Below are positions 1 to 8,980 of a DNA stretch of 64,000 nt, piece after piece (the stretch's first letter is position 1; every line of letters begins with the position of its first letter). This DNA comes from an uncultured Eubacteriales bacterium (GTDB taxonomy: Bacteria; Acidobacteriota; Aminicenantia; Aminicenantales; Aminicenantaceae), in NCBI GenBank assembly GCA_964505785.1, contig CAZDJZ010000002.1, forward strand, positions 269,527 through 333,526, written 5' to 3'. Under the pieces are notes generated by a model. The model was not told the origin of the DNA. It saw only the letters and a list, made by a program, of their open reading frames with translations, and searched no databases. The position numbers were made by a program, and so were the translations under genes.

Positions 1-495
1 GAAATTTCACTCATAGAAAACCTGCAGAGAAAAGATTTAAATGTATTCGAAGAAGCAGATGGCTTAAAAGCATTGGCAGAACTTTATGAATATAACCATA
101 TTCAGATTGCAGAAAAGATTGGAAAGGCACGCTCAACAGTAACGGAGATCATTAATTTGAGCCGCATCCCTCCTGAAATAAGAAAAATATGCAGCGAAAA
201 AAACATCACCAGCCGTTCAACACTATTGGAGATATCAAAACAGGAATCCAAAGACCATATGATGAATTTGATTCAAGCCATTCAGGCACGAAACCTCAGG
301 CGTGAAGATACACGGGATCTGTCAAAGAAAATAAAAGGAAAAGAACAATCCCGAAATAAGAGATATGTCTATAATTACAAACCTAAAAACGATGAAACTT
401 GCCGGATACGAATAGAATTTAAGCGCAAGGATGTAAAAAAAGAAGAAATTGTAGAATTGCTGGAAACCCTTCTAAAAAAACTCAGATCTGAATAA
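1..495 (+). CDS. ParB/Spo0J-like DNA-binding protein, 5' truncated by window edge
   Basis: Frame 1 translation from nt 1 reads ISLIENLQRKDLNVFEEADGLKALAELYEY...: ParB box II (IENLQRxDL) followed by HTH region (IAEKIGKARSTVTEIINLSRIP). Stop TAA at 493-495. Confidence 0.7.
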   Translation, partial: EISLIENLQRKDLNVFEEADGLKALAELYEYNHIQIAEKIGKARSTVTEIINLSRIPPEIRKICSEKNITSRSTLLEISKQESKDHMMNLIQAIQARNLRREDTRDLSKKIKGKEQSRNKRYVYNYKPKNDETCRIRIEFKRKDVKKEEIVELLETLLKKLRSE

Positions 496-671
496 TTCCT
501 GAAAAAAAAAAAAAAGTAAAGAAATTAATATAAATTTGATAAAGTTTACATAATATACCTTATGCGACATTATTTTATCTATGTTTTTATTTCTTTTGTT
601 ATGTTTTGTTTAGACTTTTCCTTTCCCTGTGAATTTCTATGCTGCTCAGATTTTATGCAATTGTGGAAATG

Positions 672-1193
672 TTATAGTTTGGGGCGGACCTTTTCTGCTT
701 TTATCCATTCCTGCACCCAATCCGGCACTGGTTTGTTCCAGGATTCATTACCGAATGCTTTCAGGACAGTCTGTGCCGGGATAAGACCCTTTTTATCTCT
801 TAATCCGGCTCTTATGACCGCTTGGGAGCAAATCTTTCCGCATCGAATGGTTTCCTGTACGAAATAAAACCAGCACGCATCACGGCCGGCTAAACGGCTT
901 TTTAAAATAAAATGCTTAAATGGTGGAAGCCTGCGGCGGAAACGAACACTCACGCCGGCCACAACAAAGTTCCATCTTTTTCGACCGGCCATTTTCATTA
1001 TACCGCTGCGGAAAGCCAAATCATATCTTCCCAGATCCATGAGTGTTAGATGCCGGCCGTTATTCATCTCAGGATAGGTATCGCAATCATTAGGCCATAC
1101 CCGCAGCTTAAGTTCGCTGACACCGTTTAAATCAAGTTTTTTTTTGAACACAGCTGAGGTCAGGACCCTCAGGACCCGCAGATAGGGATACAT
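672..1193 (-). CDS. hotdog-fold thioesterase (4HBT_2/thioesterase-like superfamily)
   Basis: ORF 672..1244(-); motif LRVWPNDCD...MNNGRHLTLMDLGRYDLAFRSG typical of PF13279-type acyl-CoA thioesterases; likely start at internal ATG (MYPYL) near 1193. Confidence 0.6.
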   Translation of the reverse strand: MYPYLRVLRVLTSAVFKKKLDLNGVSELKLRVWPNDCDTYPEMNNGRHLTLMDLGRYDLAFRSGIMKMAGRKRWNFVVAGVSVRFRRRLPPFKHFILKSRLAGRDACWFYFVQETIRCGKICSQAVIRAGLRDKKGLIPAQTVLKAFGNESWNKPVPDWVQEWIKAEKVRPKL

Positions 1194-1310
1194 GGATACC
1201 TCCCGTAATTCATTGTATATATCCAAGGATATGACCGCAACCAAGAGAGAAAAATATTTTGCTTTTCTAATGGTGTGGGGATAAGATGTGAATCAGGAAG
1301 AAACGACATA

Positions 1311-2633
1311 ATGATTTGGTGGAGACAAGGACTGCACCGGCTGCGCTGCTTTATGAAAAACTGGTCTTCCGTCAAGGACCGGCAATACCACAACAATCAA
1401 TTCAGCTCTGCGGTTGATCAGCCTTTCCGCTTCAGTTATACGGGGTATATCACTATCCGGCGGTTTGCGGATTTAGCCCTTCCCTATCTAAATGAATGCC
1501 GCCGGGTGCTGGATATCGGTTGCGGCACCGGAGAAATCACATGTGAATTGGCTTCCCGTCTGCCGGAGGTCCGTTTCACGGGCATAGATCACAGCCTAAC
1601 CGGACTGCAGCAAGCCCGAAGCCATGCTGAATTTTTGGGCCTCAAGAATATAGAATTTGCAGAAGATAAGGCAGAATCATTCATACCAGGGGCCTCCATT
1701 GATTTAGTGATGATGTTCGATGCGTTCCATCATCTGGAACATCCCCGCCGTTTTATCAAACATATGGAAAAATTCACCTCCTCCTTTTTGCTGATTGAGC
1801 CTCACGGAAACTGGAAAGGCGGCTGGGACCGCAATTTAGATTTAGACTGGATTGTACTCGAGTTGGACAAAATCAGAACCCGGCTGAATCAGATATTGGA
1901 TGAAGACAGCCACCAGAAAAGAATTACATATAAATCCAAACCCGAAGGAGACCCGGTTGAATACCGGTATTCACTCCGGGATTTCAAAAATATTTTTCGG
2001 GGTTACGGTTTGGAACTGCGCGGCACCGTGTCCGGGCTGGACGCATACCCGCCGGATGCGACCGCCTCCGGACAATTGCGGGAATTGTATGGAGAATGGA
2101 TTTATAAGTTTTACAAAAGGATCGATAACTATCTGTTCCAATCCAATCTGGATTTTTGGGCTAAACACTGGCTGATATGCGCCTGTAAAGGAAAACAGCA
2201 CAAGCTGCGGAAACCGGCGGCCAAACCGCCTCTGTCAAAAGAGATAAATAAAGAAATACAAGGCCCGTATCAAGTCACCTATATCAGTCATTCTGAAATC
2301 AATGAAACCGTTCCCGGAGGGGCTGGTTTTCAATTATCTGTTTCCCTCAAAAATACCGGATTCATTACCTGGTCTTCCAAAGTCAAAACGCGCCCTGTGT
2401 TTATCAGTTATCACTGGCAGGACTCTTCCGGGAATACCCTTATATTTGATGGTGAGAGAACAGCATTTGACCATCCGGTTGGACCGGGCGGAGAGGAAAC
2501 AGTGACCCTCAACGTAAAAACACCCGATTCCAGAGGCCGTTTGATTCTAGCCGTGGATATAGTGTGTGAAGGTGTGACCTGGTTTTCCCAGACCGGAAGC
2601 CGCATGCTTCTCATTCCTGTCCGGATTTCCTGA
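1311..2633 (+). CDS. class I SAM-dependent methyltransferase with C-terminal ~130 aa beta-rich domain
   Basis: ORF track start 1275 is GTG; first ATG 1311. Motif I VLDIGCGTGEIT, no DPPY/NPPF so not a DNA MTase; C-terminal region (QGPYQVTYISH...LILAVDIV) resembles Ig/NBR1-like beta-sandwich. Confidence 0.65.
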   Translation: MIWWRQGLHRLRCFMKNWSSVKDRQYHNNQFSSAVDQPFRFSYTGYITIRRFADLALPYLNECRRVLDIGCGTGEITCELASRLPEVRFTGIDHSLTGLQQARSHAEFLGLKNIEFAEDKAESFIPGASIDLVMMFDAFHHLEHPRRFIKHMEKFTSSFLLIEPHGNWKGGWDRNLDLDWIVLELDKIRTRLNQILDEDSHQKRITYKSKPEGDPVEYRYSLRDFKNIFRGYGLELRGTVSGLDAYPPDATASGQLRELYGEWIYKFYKRIDNYLFQSNLDFWAKHWLICACKGKQHKLRKPAAKPPLSKEINKEIQGPYQVTYISHSEINETVPGGAGFQLSVSLKNTGFITWSSKVKTRPVFISYHWQDSSGNTLIFDGERTAFDHPVGPGGEETVTLNVKTPDSRGRLILAVDIVCEGVTWFSQTGSRMLLIPVRIS

Positions 2634-2989
2634 GCTGCTCGGTCACTAAACCGAAGTCCCAATACAAACCACTTCCCAAACCGGCTGCATATACTGAAAA
2701 CAGCGAGAGCAGACCCCGGCTACCTTCTATCCCGGTGTGCAACACCCAAAATAAAGCCGCAATTATTTGTGCGGCTTGAACATTTGACCGGTCCAATATT
2801 CTTCTGCCCAACGGAAAAATGCTGCATGGCCGAGTCGACAGCAAAGAAATAAGAGCTCACTTTTCCCAACAGCATGAGCGTTTGGAAATGTTGATTGATC
2901 AAATTTCCATTATTCCGGTTTATTCAGAGCGGGAGCCTAACACCGTCATCAGGATGTATGCATGACTAGACCTTGACAGCTGATTTGGC

Positions 2990-3055
2990 CTGGATTATTC
3001 GCGGGCCGAGATTGCCGATTAGATATACCGTGGACACTCTTTATAGAAACTGCAG
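2990..3055. repeat. short MITE-like repeat copy (left-TIR family CCTGGATTATTC), overlaps 3' end/stop codon of nuclease gene
   Basis: cctggattattcgcgggccgagattgccgattagatatacc... aligns with copies at 13070, 49599, 53670, 59257. Confidence 0.4.
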
Positions 3056-3927
3056 AAGCGGCACTCGCCCGCGTCTGCGGCAAAAGCGAACCGCTTCTCG
3101 CTTGCCCGGTTGGATTCGCTGTCATCCAGCAGATCCAGCATCGCTGCAATGGAATCCCGGATATATTTTTGAGATTTTTCCATTCCTAACTGCTTCAGGG
3201 TTGCAGATTCTTTCCGGCCTGATGCTAAATTGAATTCCGTTATCCGGATATGTTCCGTGTCCGCATACCACTTCTGCTTCGCATATAATCCGTAACAAGC
3301 CATCTGCACCTGCCTCTGCCTATTATTCTCTTTTCCGGTTTTCCAGTCATAAATCCGGATGCCGCCGCCCTCACGGCAGGCTAGATCCAGCATGACATAG
3401 ACTTTAATGCCATGGTAACTGAAAGAGGACAGGGTCTCAATTTCGAGCCAGTTTTCATCCGGAAGCTTACAAATATCTTGATAAATCTGCGATTTAAAAA
3501 ACAGCTTTAAACAATGCATGACATGCCCGGCATTGTCTTTCCATTCTTGATTCGAAACCGGCAGATTATATTCATGCTCAAATAAACCGCAGGTTTTGGG
3601 ATTCTGGCGGTATGTTTTTTTCCGGGAATTCAGGAATTCTTTTCTCATCTCCATTATGGTCCGGTCAATGAGCCTGCTTTCTCTAACCGGAAGACCATTT
3701 TTTACCCGGCGAAGAGCTGACTCAACCGCTTCATGGACTTTACGGCCCGCCCACATCTGCCGGTTCTGCAGCTGCTTGAGAATATAAAGCCGGCGGCTGC
3801 GCTCCCCTGCTTCGGACTCCCATCCGCCCCAGGATCCATAGTAATGGAAATAATATTTGCGGGGACATGACTTGAATATCCGGTCCCGGGAAACCGACCA
3901 GGAAAATTCGTTTTTCACTACAGTCAT
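3019..3927 (-). CDS. PD-(D/E)XK nuclease with C-terminal 4Fe-4S cysteine cluster (Cas4/RecB/AddB-like), standalone
   Basis: N-terminal Cys (SCPRKYYFHYY), catalytic D...IYDWKTGK (D/E-x-K) motif, C-terminal C-x2-C-x5-C (CRFCSFYKEC): the Cas4/AddB Fe-S nuclease signature. ATG at 3925-3927. Confidence 0.6.
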   Translation of the reverse strand: MTVVKNEFSWSVSRDRIFKSCPRKYYFHYYGSWGGWESEAGERSRRLYILKQLQNRQMWAGRKVHEAVESALRRVKNGLPVRESRLIDRTIMEMRKEFLNSRKKTYRQNPKTCGLFEHEYNLPVSNQEWKDNAGHVMHCLKLFFKSQIYQDICKLPDENWLEIETLSSFSYHGIKVYVMLDLACREGGGIRIYDWKTGKENNRQRQVQMACYGLYAKQKWYADTEHIRITEFNLASGRKESATLKQLGMEKSQKYIRDSIAAMLDLLDDSESNRASEKRFAFAADAGECRFCSFYKECPRYI

Positions 3928-4155
3928 AGCCTTTTATCTGTCACTAAACCTGACCTATTATGACACGAAAAGGTCAGCATTCGCTTTGTTATTATACACA
4001 TGATTAGTACCTTTTAAAATGAGACTCACCAGGGCCAGCCCCTTCCATTGCGCTTTATGTCCATTTGACTAAAATGAGCAGCTTTGATATAAATTTAACC
4101 CATGACTCGAGAAGAGTTATAAAATTTGACATTTGCCATTAAAGGGAGATATCGC

Positions 4156-5385
4156 ATGGATCTTTTTGATAAATGCGCTGGAGACGGAGGCTATTTTGGG
4201 AAATTTCGCGCCCAAGATGATTTCTTTTTCACCCGTCCGATTCTTGAACCCCATCCGGGTACAAAAATGATCTTTGACGGTCAAGAATGTATTCAGTGGT
4301 CAATTAATAATTATCTTGGTTTAGCTGAAAACAAGGAGATAAAGGATTTTTCGGTAAAAATTGCTCAAAAATTCGGGACCTCCTCGCCGATGGGTTCCCG
4401 TATGATGACGGGTAATACCATTTATCATAAACAACTTGAAGCCGAATTGGCTGCCTACACAGATAAGGAATCCGCCATTTTATTCAATTACGGCTACCTT
4501 GGTGTTTTGGGAACAATCGCTTCTCTAGTAGATAAAAACGATACCATTGTCATCGACAAGCTTTCTCATGCGTCTATGCTGGACGGTACTTTTTTAGCCC
4601 CGGGAAAATTTCGTGCATTTCGTCACAATGATATGGACAGCCTGGAGGGTCATTTAAAACGGATTAACCGTGACCGTAAAGGCGGCATTATGATTGTCAC
4701 TGAAGGCGTATTCGGAATGCGCGGCGACTTGGCTGACCTTCCGAATATTTGCGCACTTAAAGAAAAATATGGCGCCCGGCTATTCATTGACGACGCGCAC
4801 GGATTCGGTGTTATGGGAGAGCAGGGACAAGGGACAGCGTCCTATTTCGGCGTTCAGGATAAGGTGGATATATATTTCGGAACTTTTGCCAAGGCCTTTG
4901 CATCTATAGGCGGTGTTTCCGCTGGGTCGAAGCCGGTCATCGACTGGATCCGGTACAATGCCCGAACCCAGGTCTTCGCTAAAAGCCTGCCCATGATCTA
5001 TGTGGAAGTTCTCAAAAAAACCCTTAACATGGTCCGGAATGGAGACAATCTGCGGAAAAAAATGTTCGAGAATGCCGGCAAACTGAAAAAAGGGCTGCAG
5101 GAGGCGGGTTATCTCACCGGCGGCGGAGCATCCCCGATAACAACGGTCTATGTGCCTGCCGGAGATCTGAATATCGCCTTAACCATAATTAAGAGAATGC
5201 GAGAACTCGGTATTTTCATCACCGGGGTTATGTATCCGGTGGTGCCAAAGGGAATCATTCTCTTTAGGATGATACCCACAGCGTCCCATTCGGATGAAGA
5301 AATCCAGGCGACGGTTAAAGCCTTTTCCAAAGTCCGGGATGAACTGAAACTTGACTTGGATGCTGCTCAGCGCGCTCTGGCTTAA
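4156..5385 (+). CDS. alpha-oxoamine synthase family PLP enzyme (serine palmitoyltransferase/KBL/BioF-like)
   Basis: ORF track start 4126 is TTG; ATG at 4156 preceded by AAAGGGAGA. PLP-lysine motif GTFAKAFASIGG (SPT-like TFSKSxAS pattern), conserved NYLGL, DDAHGFG. Confidence 0.8.
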   Translation: MDLFDKCAGDGGYFGKFRAQDDFFFTRPILEPHPGTKMIFDGQECIQWSINNYLGLAENKEIKDFSVKIAQKFGTSSPMGSRMMTGNTIYHKQLEAELAAYTDKESAILFNYGYLGVLGTIASLVDKNDTIVIDKLSHASMLDGTFLAPGKFRAFRHNDMDSLEGHLKRINRDRKGGIMIVTEGVFGMRGDLADLPNICALKEKYGARLFIDDAHGFGVMGEQGQGTASYFGVQDKVDIYFGTFAKAFASIGGVSAGSKPVIDWIRYNARTQVFAKSLPMIYVEVLKKTLNMVRNGDNLRKKMFENAGKLKKGLQEAGYLTGGGASPITTVYVPAGDLNIALTIIKRMRELGIFITGVMYPVVPKGIILFRMIPTASHSDEEIQATVKAFSKVRDELKLDLDAAQRALA

Positions 5386-5459
5386 ACCGGATTGTGACTT
5401 AAGGTCTCTCAGTTCAACGACCGCTTAATTTTTTTATTTATAAAATTTAGAGGTTAATT

Positions 5460-6167
5460 TTGTTCAAAGAAGTCTTTTTGGCATCCATCCTGACAGGCAC
5501 CGGATATGCGGCTTATTACTTTTTCACTCAATCTTCCTTTGCTCAATCCCATATTCATATGAATCACGGGAAAGCAGAATCAAACATATCCAAAATCTTA
5601 TTTCAGCGCGGCGTCGGTCTGCTTTGCTACGGAATCATCCCCTTTTTTATAATACTGACAATGGGCAAACGCCCGATATCCGATTATGGCCTTGCTTTCG
5701 AAAATTTGGATAAAACATTCCATTGGACGATTGCCCTGGCTGCTGGAATTATTCCATTCGGGATTATCAGCGGAATGCGTCTTTCCCGGCAAGAAAATTA
5801 CCCGCAAATCCGTCAGTCACATTGGTCTATCAGCCTTGCGGCTGTCAGCGCGGTATCATGGTCATTATATATATTTGCCTATGAGTTCATTTTGAGGGGA
5901 TTGTTTTTCTTTTCCTGTTGGAGAATATTCGGCATAACAGCCGCCGTTTCCATAAACATAGCGGTCTATGCGCTCTTTCATATTCACAAAAGCACTCAAG
6001 AAATGATAGGATCCTTTTTTTTTGGTGCCGTTTTGTGTTCTTCCGTGTATTTTAATGGAAACATCTGGCCGGCCCTGGCGGCCCATATAACTCTAGCCCT
6101 TTCAACGGAATGGTCTGCGATTCATTTCAATTCTAAAATGAAAATGAATTGGAATTGGAGGATCTGA
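5460..6167 (+). CDS. CPBP-like (CAAX protease/Abi family) integral membrane protein
   Basis: Multi-TM; degenerate CPBP motifs (YEFILRG, ALFHIH, AAHITLA). TTG start with GAGG 6 nt upstream. Confidence 0.45.
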   Translation: MFKEVFLASILTGTGYAAYYFFTQSSFAQSHIHMNHGKAESNISKILFQRGVGLLCYGIIPFFIILTMGKRPISDYGLAFENLDKTFHWTIALAAGIIPFGIISGMRLSRQENYPQIRQSHWSISLAAVSAVSWSLYIFAYEFILRGLFFFSCWRIFGITAAVSINIAVYALFHIHKSTQEMIGSFFFGAVLCSSVYFNGNIWPALAAHITLALSTEWSAIHFNSKMKMNWNWRI

Positions 6168-6172
6168 TCCTT

Positions 6173-7177
6173 ATGACTTGTTTTGTGACCGGTTCAACCG
6201 GATATGTCGGCCAGGCCTTGGCCCGCCGGCTAGCTGGTTTAGGCTTTAACGTTCATGCTCTTTACCGGTCGGATTCAAAGGCCGGCGTGATTTGTCTTCC
6301 CGGCATCCGGCGGTTTCGCGGAAACCTTATGGACACGGATAGTATAAAACAAGCCATGTCCGGCTGCCGCTATGTGTTCCATACCGGAGCAAAAACCGGA
6401 ATTTGGTGTAAAAAAAAACATTTATATCAAGAAATCAATGTCCAGGGAACAAAAAATATTCTTAAGTGCGCATCTGAGTTGGATGTGGAAAAAATGATTA
6501 TTACCTCTACTGCGGGAGTTTTCGGTCCCTCGTCAACGCCGCTGGATGAATCTTATGGCTATGCGTCCCGCGTGTTTTCTGAATATGAACGAACCAAAGC
6601 TGAAGCGGACCGGATCGCCCAGTTTTATTCGGGAGATACAATGAAGATAGTAATCGTTCACCCGACCCGGATTTACGGGCCTGGTCCTCTTAGCCAGAGC
6701 AACAGTGTGACCCGGATGATCCAGCTTTATATCACCGGCAAATGGCATTTTCTTTTAGGGAATGGGAAAAAACGGGGGAATTATGTTTATATTGACGACG
6801 TGGTGGACGGCCATATCGCTGCACTGAAAAAAGGGCGCTCCGGAGAAAATTATATCCTGGGTGGAGAAAATAGTACCTACCAAAGATTTTTTGATTTATT
6901 GAGCATCATTTCCCGGAAAAGCCGTTTCCTAATACGGATACCCATCCCCGTCGCTTTAAATTTATCCAGGATGATGCTTTTAACCGCAGAATTATTCAAC
7001 ATTCCTCCGGCTTTGACCCCTGAGATGGTGAAAAAGTTAAATTCCGATTGTGTAGTCAGAAGCAGCAAGGCTGAAAAAGAGCTTGGGTACTCCCCTGCTT
7101 CTCTTCATGACGGCTTACAGAAAACCGTCAATTGGATTCTCGCCGGAGAGGATAACAACAATAATGGCTCAAAATAA
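6173..7177 (+). CDS. NAD(P)-dependent epimerase/dehydratase-family reductase
   Basis: VTGSTGYVGQALARRL Rossmann motif; ORF track start 6149 is TTG, ATG at 6173 with GGAGGAT RBS. Confidence 0.75.
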   Translation: MTCFVTGSTGYVGQALARRLAGLGFNVHALYRSDSKAGVICLPGIRRFRGNLMDTDSIKQAMSGCRYVFHTGAKTGIWCKKKHLYQEINVQGTKNILKCASELDVEKMIITSTAGVFGPSSTPLDESYGYASRVFSEYERTKAEADRIAQFYSGDTMKIVIVHPTRIYGPGPLSQSNSVTRMIQLYITGKWHFLLGNGKKRGNYVYIDDVVDGHIAALKKGRSGENYILGGENSTYQRFFDLLSIISRKSRFLIRIPIPVALNLSRMMLLTAELFNIPPALTPEMVKKLNSDCVVRSSKAEKELGYSPASLHDGLQKTVNWILAGEDNNNNGSK

Positions 7178-7985
7178 CATTAGGCTGTTTACATTGATCA
7201 CAGGCGGAAGTGAAGGCATTGGCAAAGCCATGGCTTTTGAATGCGCTTCACGGAAAATGAACCTCATTATCGCTGCATTACCTGACAATCATCTTGAAGA
7301 GACCGCGAGGCTGATAAAATCTGAATTTAAGGTCGATGTAATCACCTATGGAATAGACCTGACTGCGCCGGATGCCCCAAGGAAAATCTGGATGTTCTGC
7401 CGGGAAAATCATCTGATTGTCAATATTCTTATCAACAATGCGGGCATCACCGGCAGCACGGTTTTCGAAAAAGCTTCACCGGCTTATATTGACCTTCGCA
7501 TCCAGCTGAATATACGAACCCTGGTTATGCTGAGTCGGTTTTTTATACCGGATTTAAAAAGATTGGAAAACGCTTATATCCTTAATGTCAGCAGCATGTC
7601 CGCCTTTTATCCTGTTCCCTTCAAGAGCATTTATTCAGCCAGTAAAGCCTTCGTATTGAATTTCAGCAAGGCGGTCCGCGAAGAGCTCAAAGATTCCTGT
7701 GTTTCAATCAGTATCCTTTGCCCCAGTGGAGTCAAGACCAATGTGCAGTCCTTTTCCCGAATTGAGTCGCATGGTTTTTTTGGAAAACTCACTCAAATTC
7801 CGGCTGATAAAATCGCTCAACTCAGCCTGGATAGAATGTTAAAAAGAAAAAAACTCATTATTCCTGGATGGTTCAACCGCCTGTTGTATATTTTTGGACG
7901 GGTACTGCCGGAAGGAATTAAATTGAGTCTCCTTTCTCATGAATTCAAGAAAGAATTGACCGCCGGACAGGGAGAAAAACAGTGA
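7164..7985 (+). CDS. short-chain dehydrogenase/reductase (SDR)
   Basis: TGGSEGIGKA, NNAGI, YSASK catalytic motif; start ATG 7164 overlaps previous gene end. Confidence 0.8.
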   Translation: MAQNNIRLFTLITGGSEGIGKAMAFECASRKMNLIIAALPDNHLEETARLIKSEFKVDVITYGIDLTAPDAPRKIWMFCRENHLIVNILINNAGITGSTVFEKASPAYIDLRIQLNIRTLVMLSRFFIPDLKRLENAYILNVSSMSAFYPVPFKSIYSASKAFVLNFSKAVREELKDSCVSISILCPSGVKTNVQSFSRIESHGFFGKLTQIPADKIAQLSLDRMLKRKKLIIPGWFNRLLYIFGRVLPEGIKLSLLSHEFKKELTAGQGEKQ

Positions 7986-8962
7986 AAGTCCTGGTCACAG
8001 GCAGCGGTGGATTTATTGGCAGTCATATGACGGAAGCATTGCTGAATAAAGGACATGATGTATATGTGCTTTTAAGAAAAAAAAGTGTCAGGACATGGAC
8101 CCGCCGGCTCAACATTCAACCGGTTTACGGCAATTATGATGATCCATCAAGTCTTCATGACAGCGTATCCGGAATAGATATCGTTTTTCATTTAGGAGCA
8201 GTGCTCAATGCTGCGGCATGGGATACATATTACCGTGCAAATACGCTGGGAACTCAGCATCTTCTGCAAGCCTGCGCCGAAGTCAACCCGGAATTGAAAA
8301 GGTTTGTTTTTGTCTCAAGCATTGCTGCAGCCGGCCCCACTCAAACCAGAGTTTTTCGTGATGAGACATCCCCCTCACATCCTGATTCATTTTACGGCAA
8401 AAGCAAACTTCTTGCTGAAAAAAAGGTTTTAGCATATCAGGATATTTTTCCTGTGACAATTGCCCGCCCTCCCAATGTCATCGGTGTAAGGCAGCAAGAA
8501 CTGCTCCTGATATTGAAGCTTTTGAAAAAACGTATTTTCCCACTATTGGGAAATGGAGATATACAGACCAGCCTATGCTTCGTTCAAGACTTGATTGAAG
8601 CGTTAATTCTTATGTCTGAAAAAGACGAAGCCTGTTCGCATACCTATTATGTAACCGACAACAAAGGCTATTCTTGGCGGAACGTGATGGAAAAAATGTC
8701 CCGCTTTCTGGATGTTTATCCTCTGGTTTTAAAAATTCCCTATCCCCTGCTTCTGAGTGCCGCATGGCTGTCTGAACTTTACGCATCCGTTACGGGACAT
8801 AAACCAATGATAGCCTCACGGTACATCATCAGCACCCGTAATAATTACCATCTCTACCGCAGTGAAAAAATCCAGCATGAATTAGGATTCACAACAAAAA
8901 CATCATTTTCACAGGGAATGCAGGATATCATCCAATGGTACGAACAAAACGGAATATTGTAA
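7982..8962 (+). CDS. NAD-dependent epimerase/dehydratase-family protein
   Basis: MKVLVTGSGGFIGSH; GTG start overlapping stop of SDR (operon). Confidence 0.75.
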   Translation: MKVLVTGSGGFIGSHMTEALLNKGHDVYVLLRKKSVRTWTRRLNIQPVYGNYDDPSSLHDSVSGIDIVFHLGAVLNAAAWDTYYRANTLGTQHLLQACAEVNPELKRFVFVSSIAAAGPTQTRVFRDETSPSHPDSFYGKSKLLAEKKVLAYQDIFPVTIARPPNVIGVRQQELLLILKLLKKRIFPLLGNGDIQTSLCFVQDLIEALILMSEKDEACSHTYYVTDNKGYSWRNVMEKMSRFLDVYPLVLKIPYPLLLSAAWLSELYASVTGHKPMIASRYIISTRNNYHLYRSEKIQHELGFTTKTSFSQGMQDIIQWYEQNGIL

Positions 8963-8980
8963 AATAATAATTATGGCAGA

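Noticed and set aside
562-867. ORF 562..867(+) 101 aa
   Set aside because: Antisense to the thioesterase gene, low-complexity Cys/Phe-rich translation, no start context.
1169-1396. ORF 1169..1396(-) 75 aa
   Set aside because: Spans the divergent promoter region and overlaps both flanking genes; no motif.
2611-2902. Hydrophobic ORFs 2611..2844(-) and 2720..2902(-) in the 385-bp gap between methyltransferase and nuclease
   Set aside because: Short, overlap the MTase 3' end, no RBS or start context; may be a gene remnant but cannot be supported.
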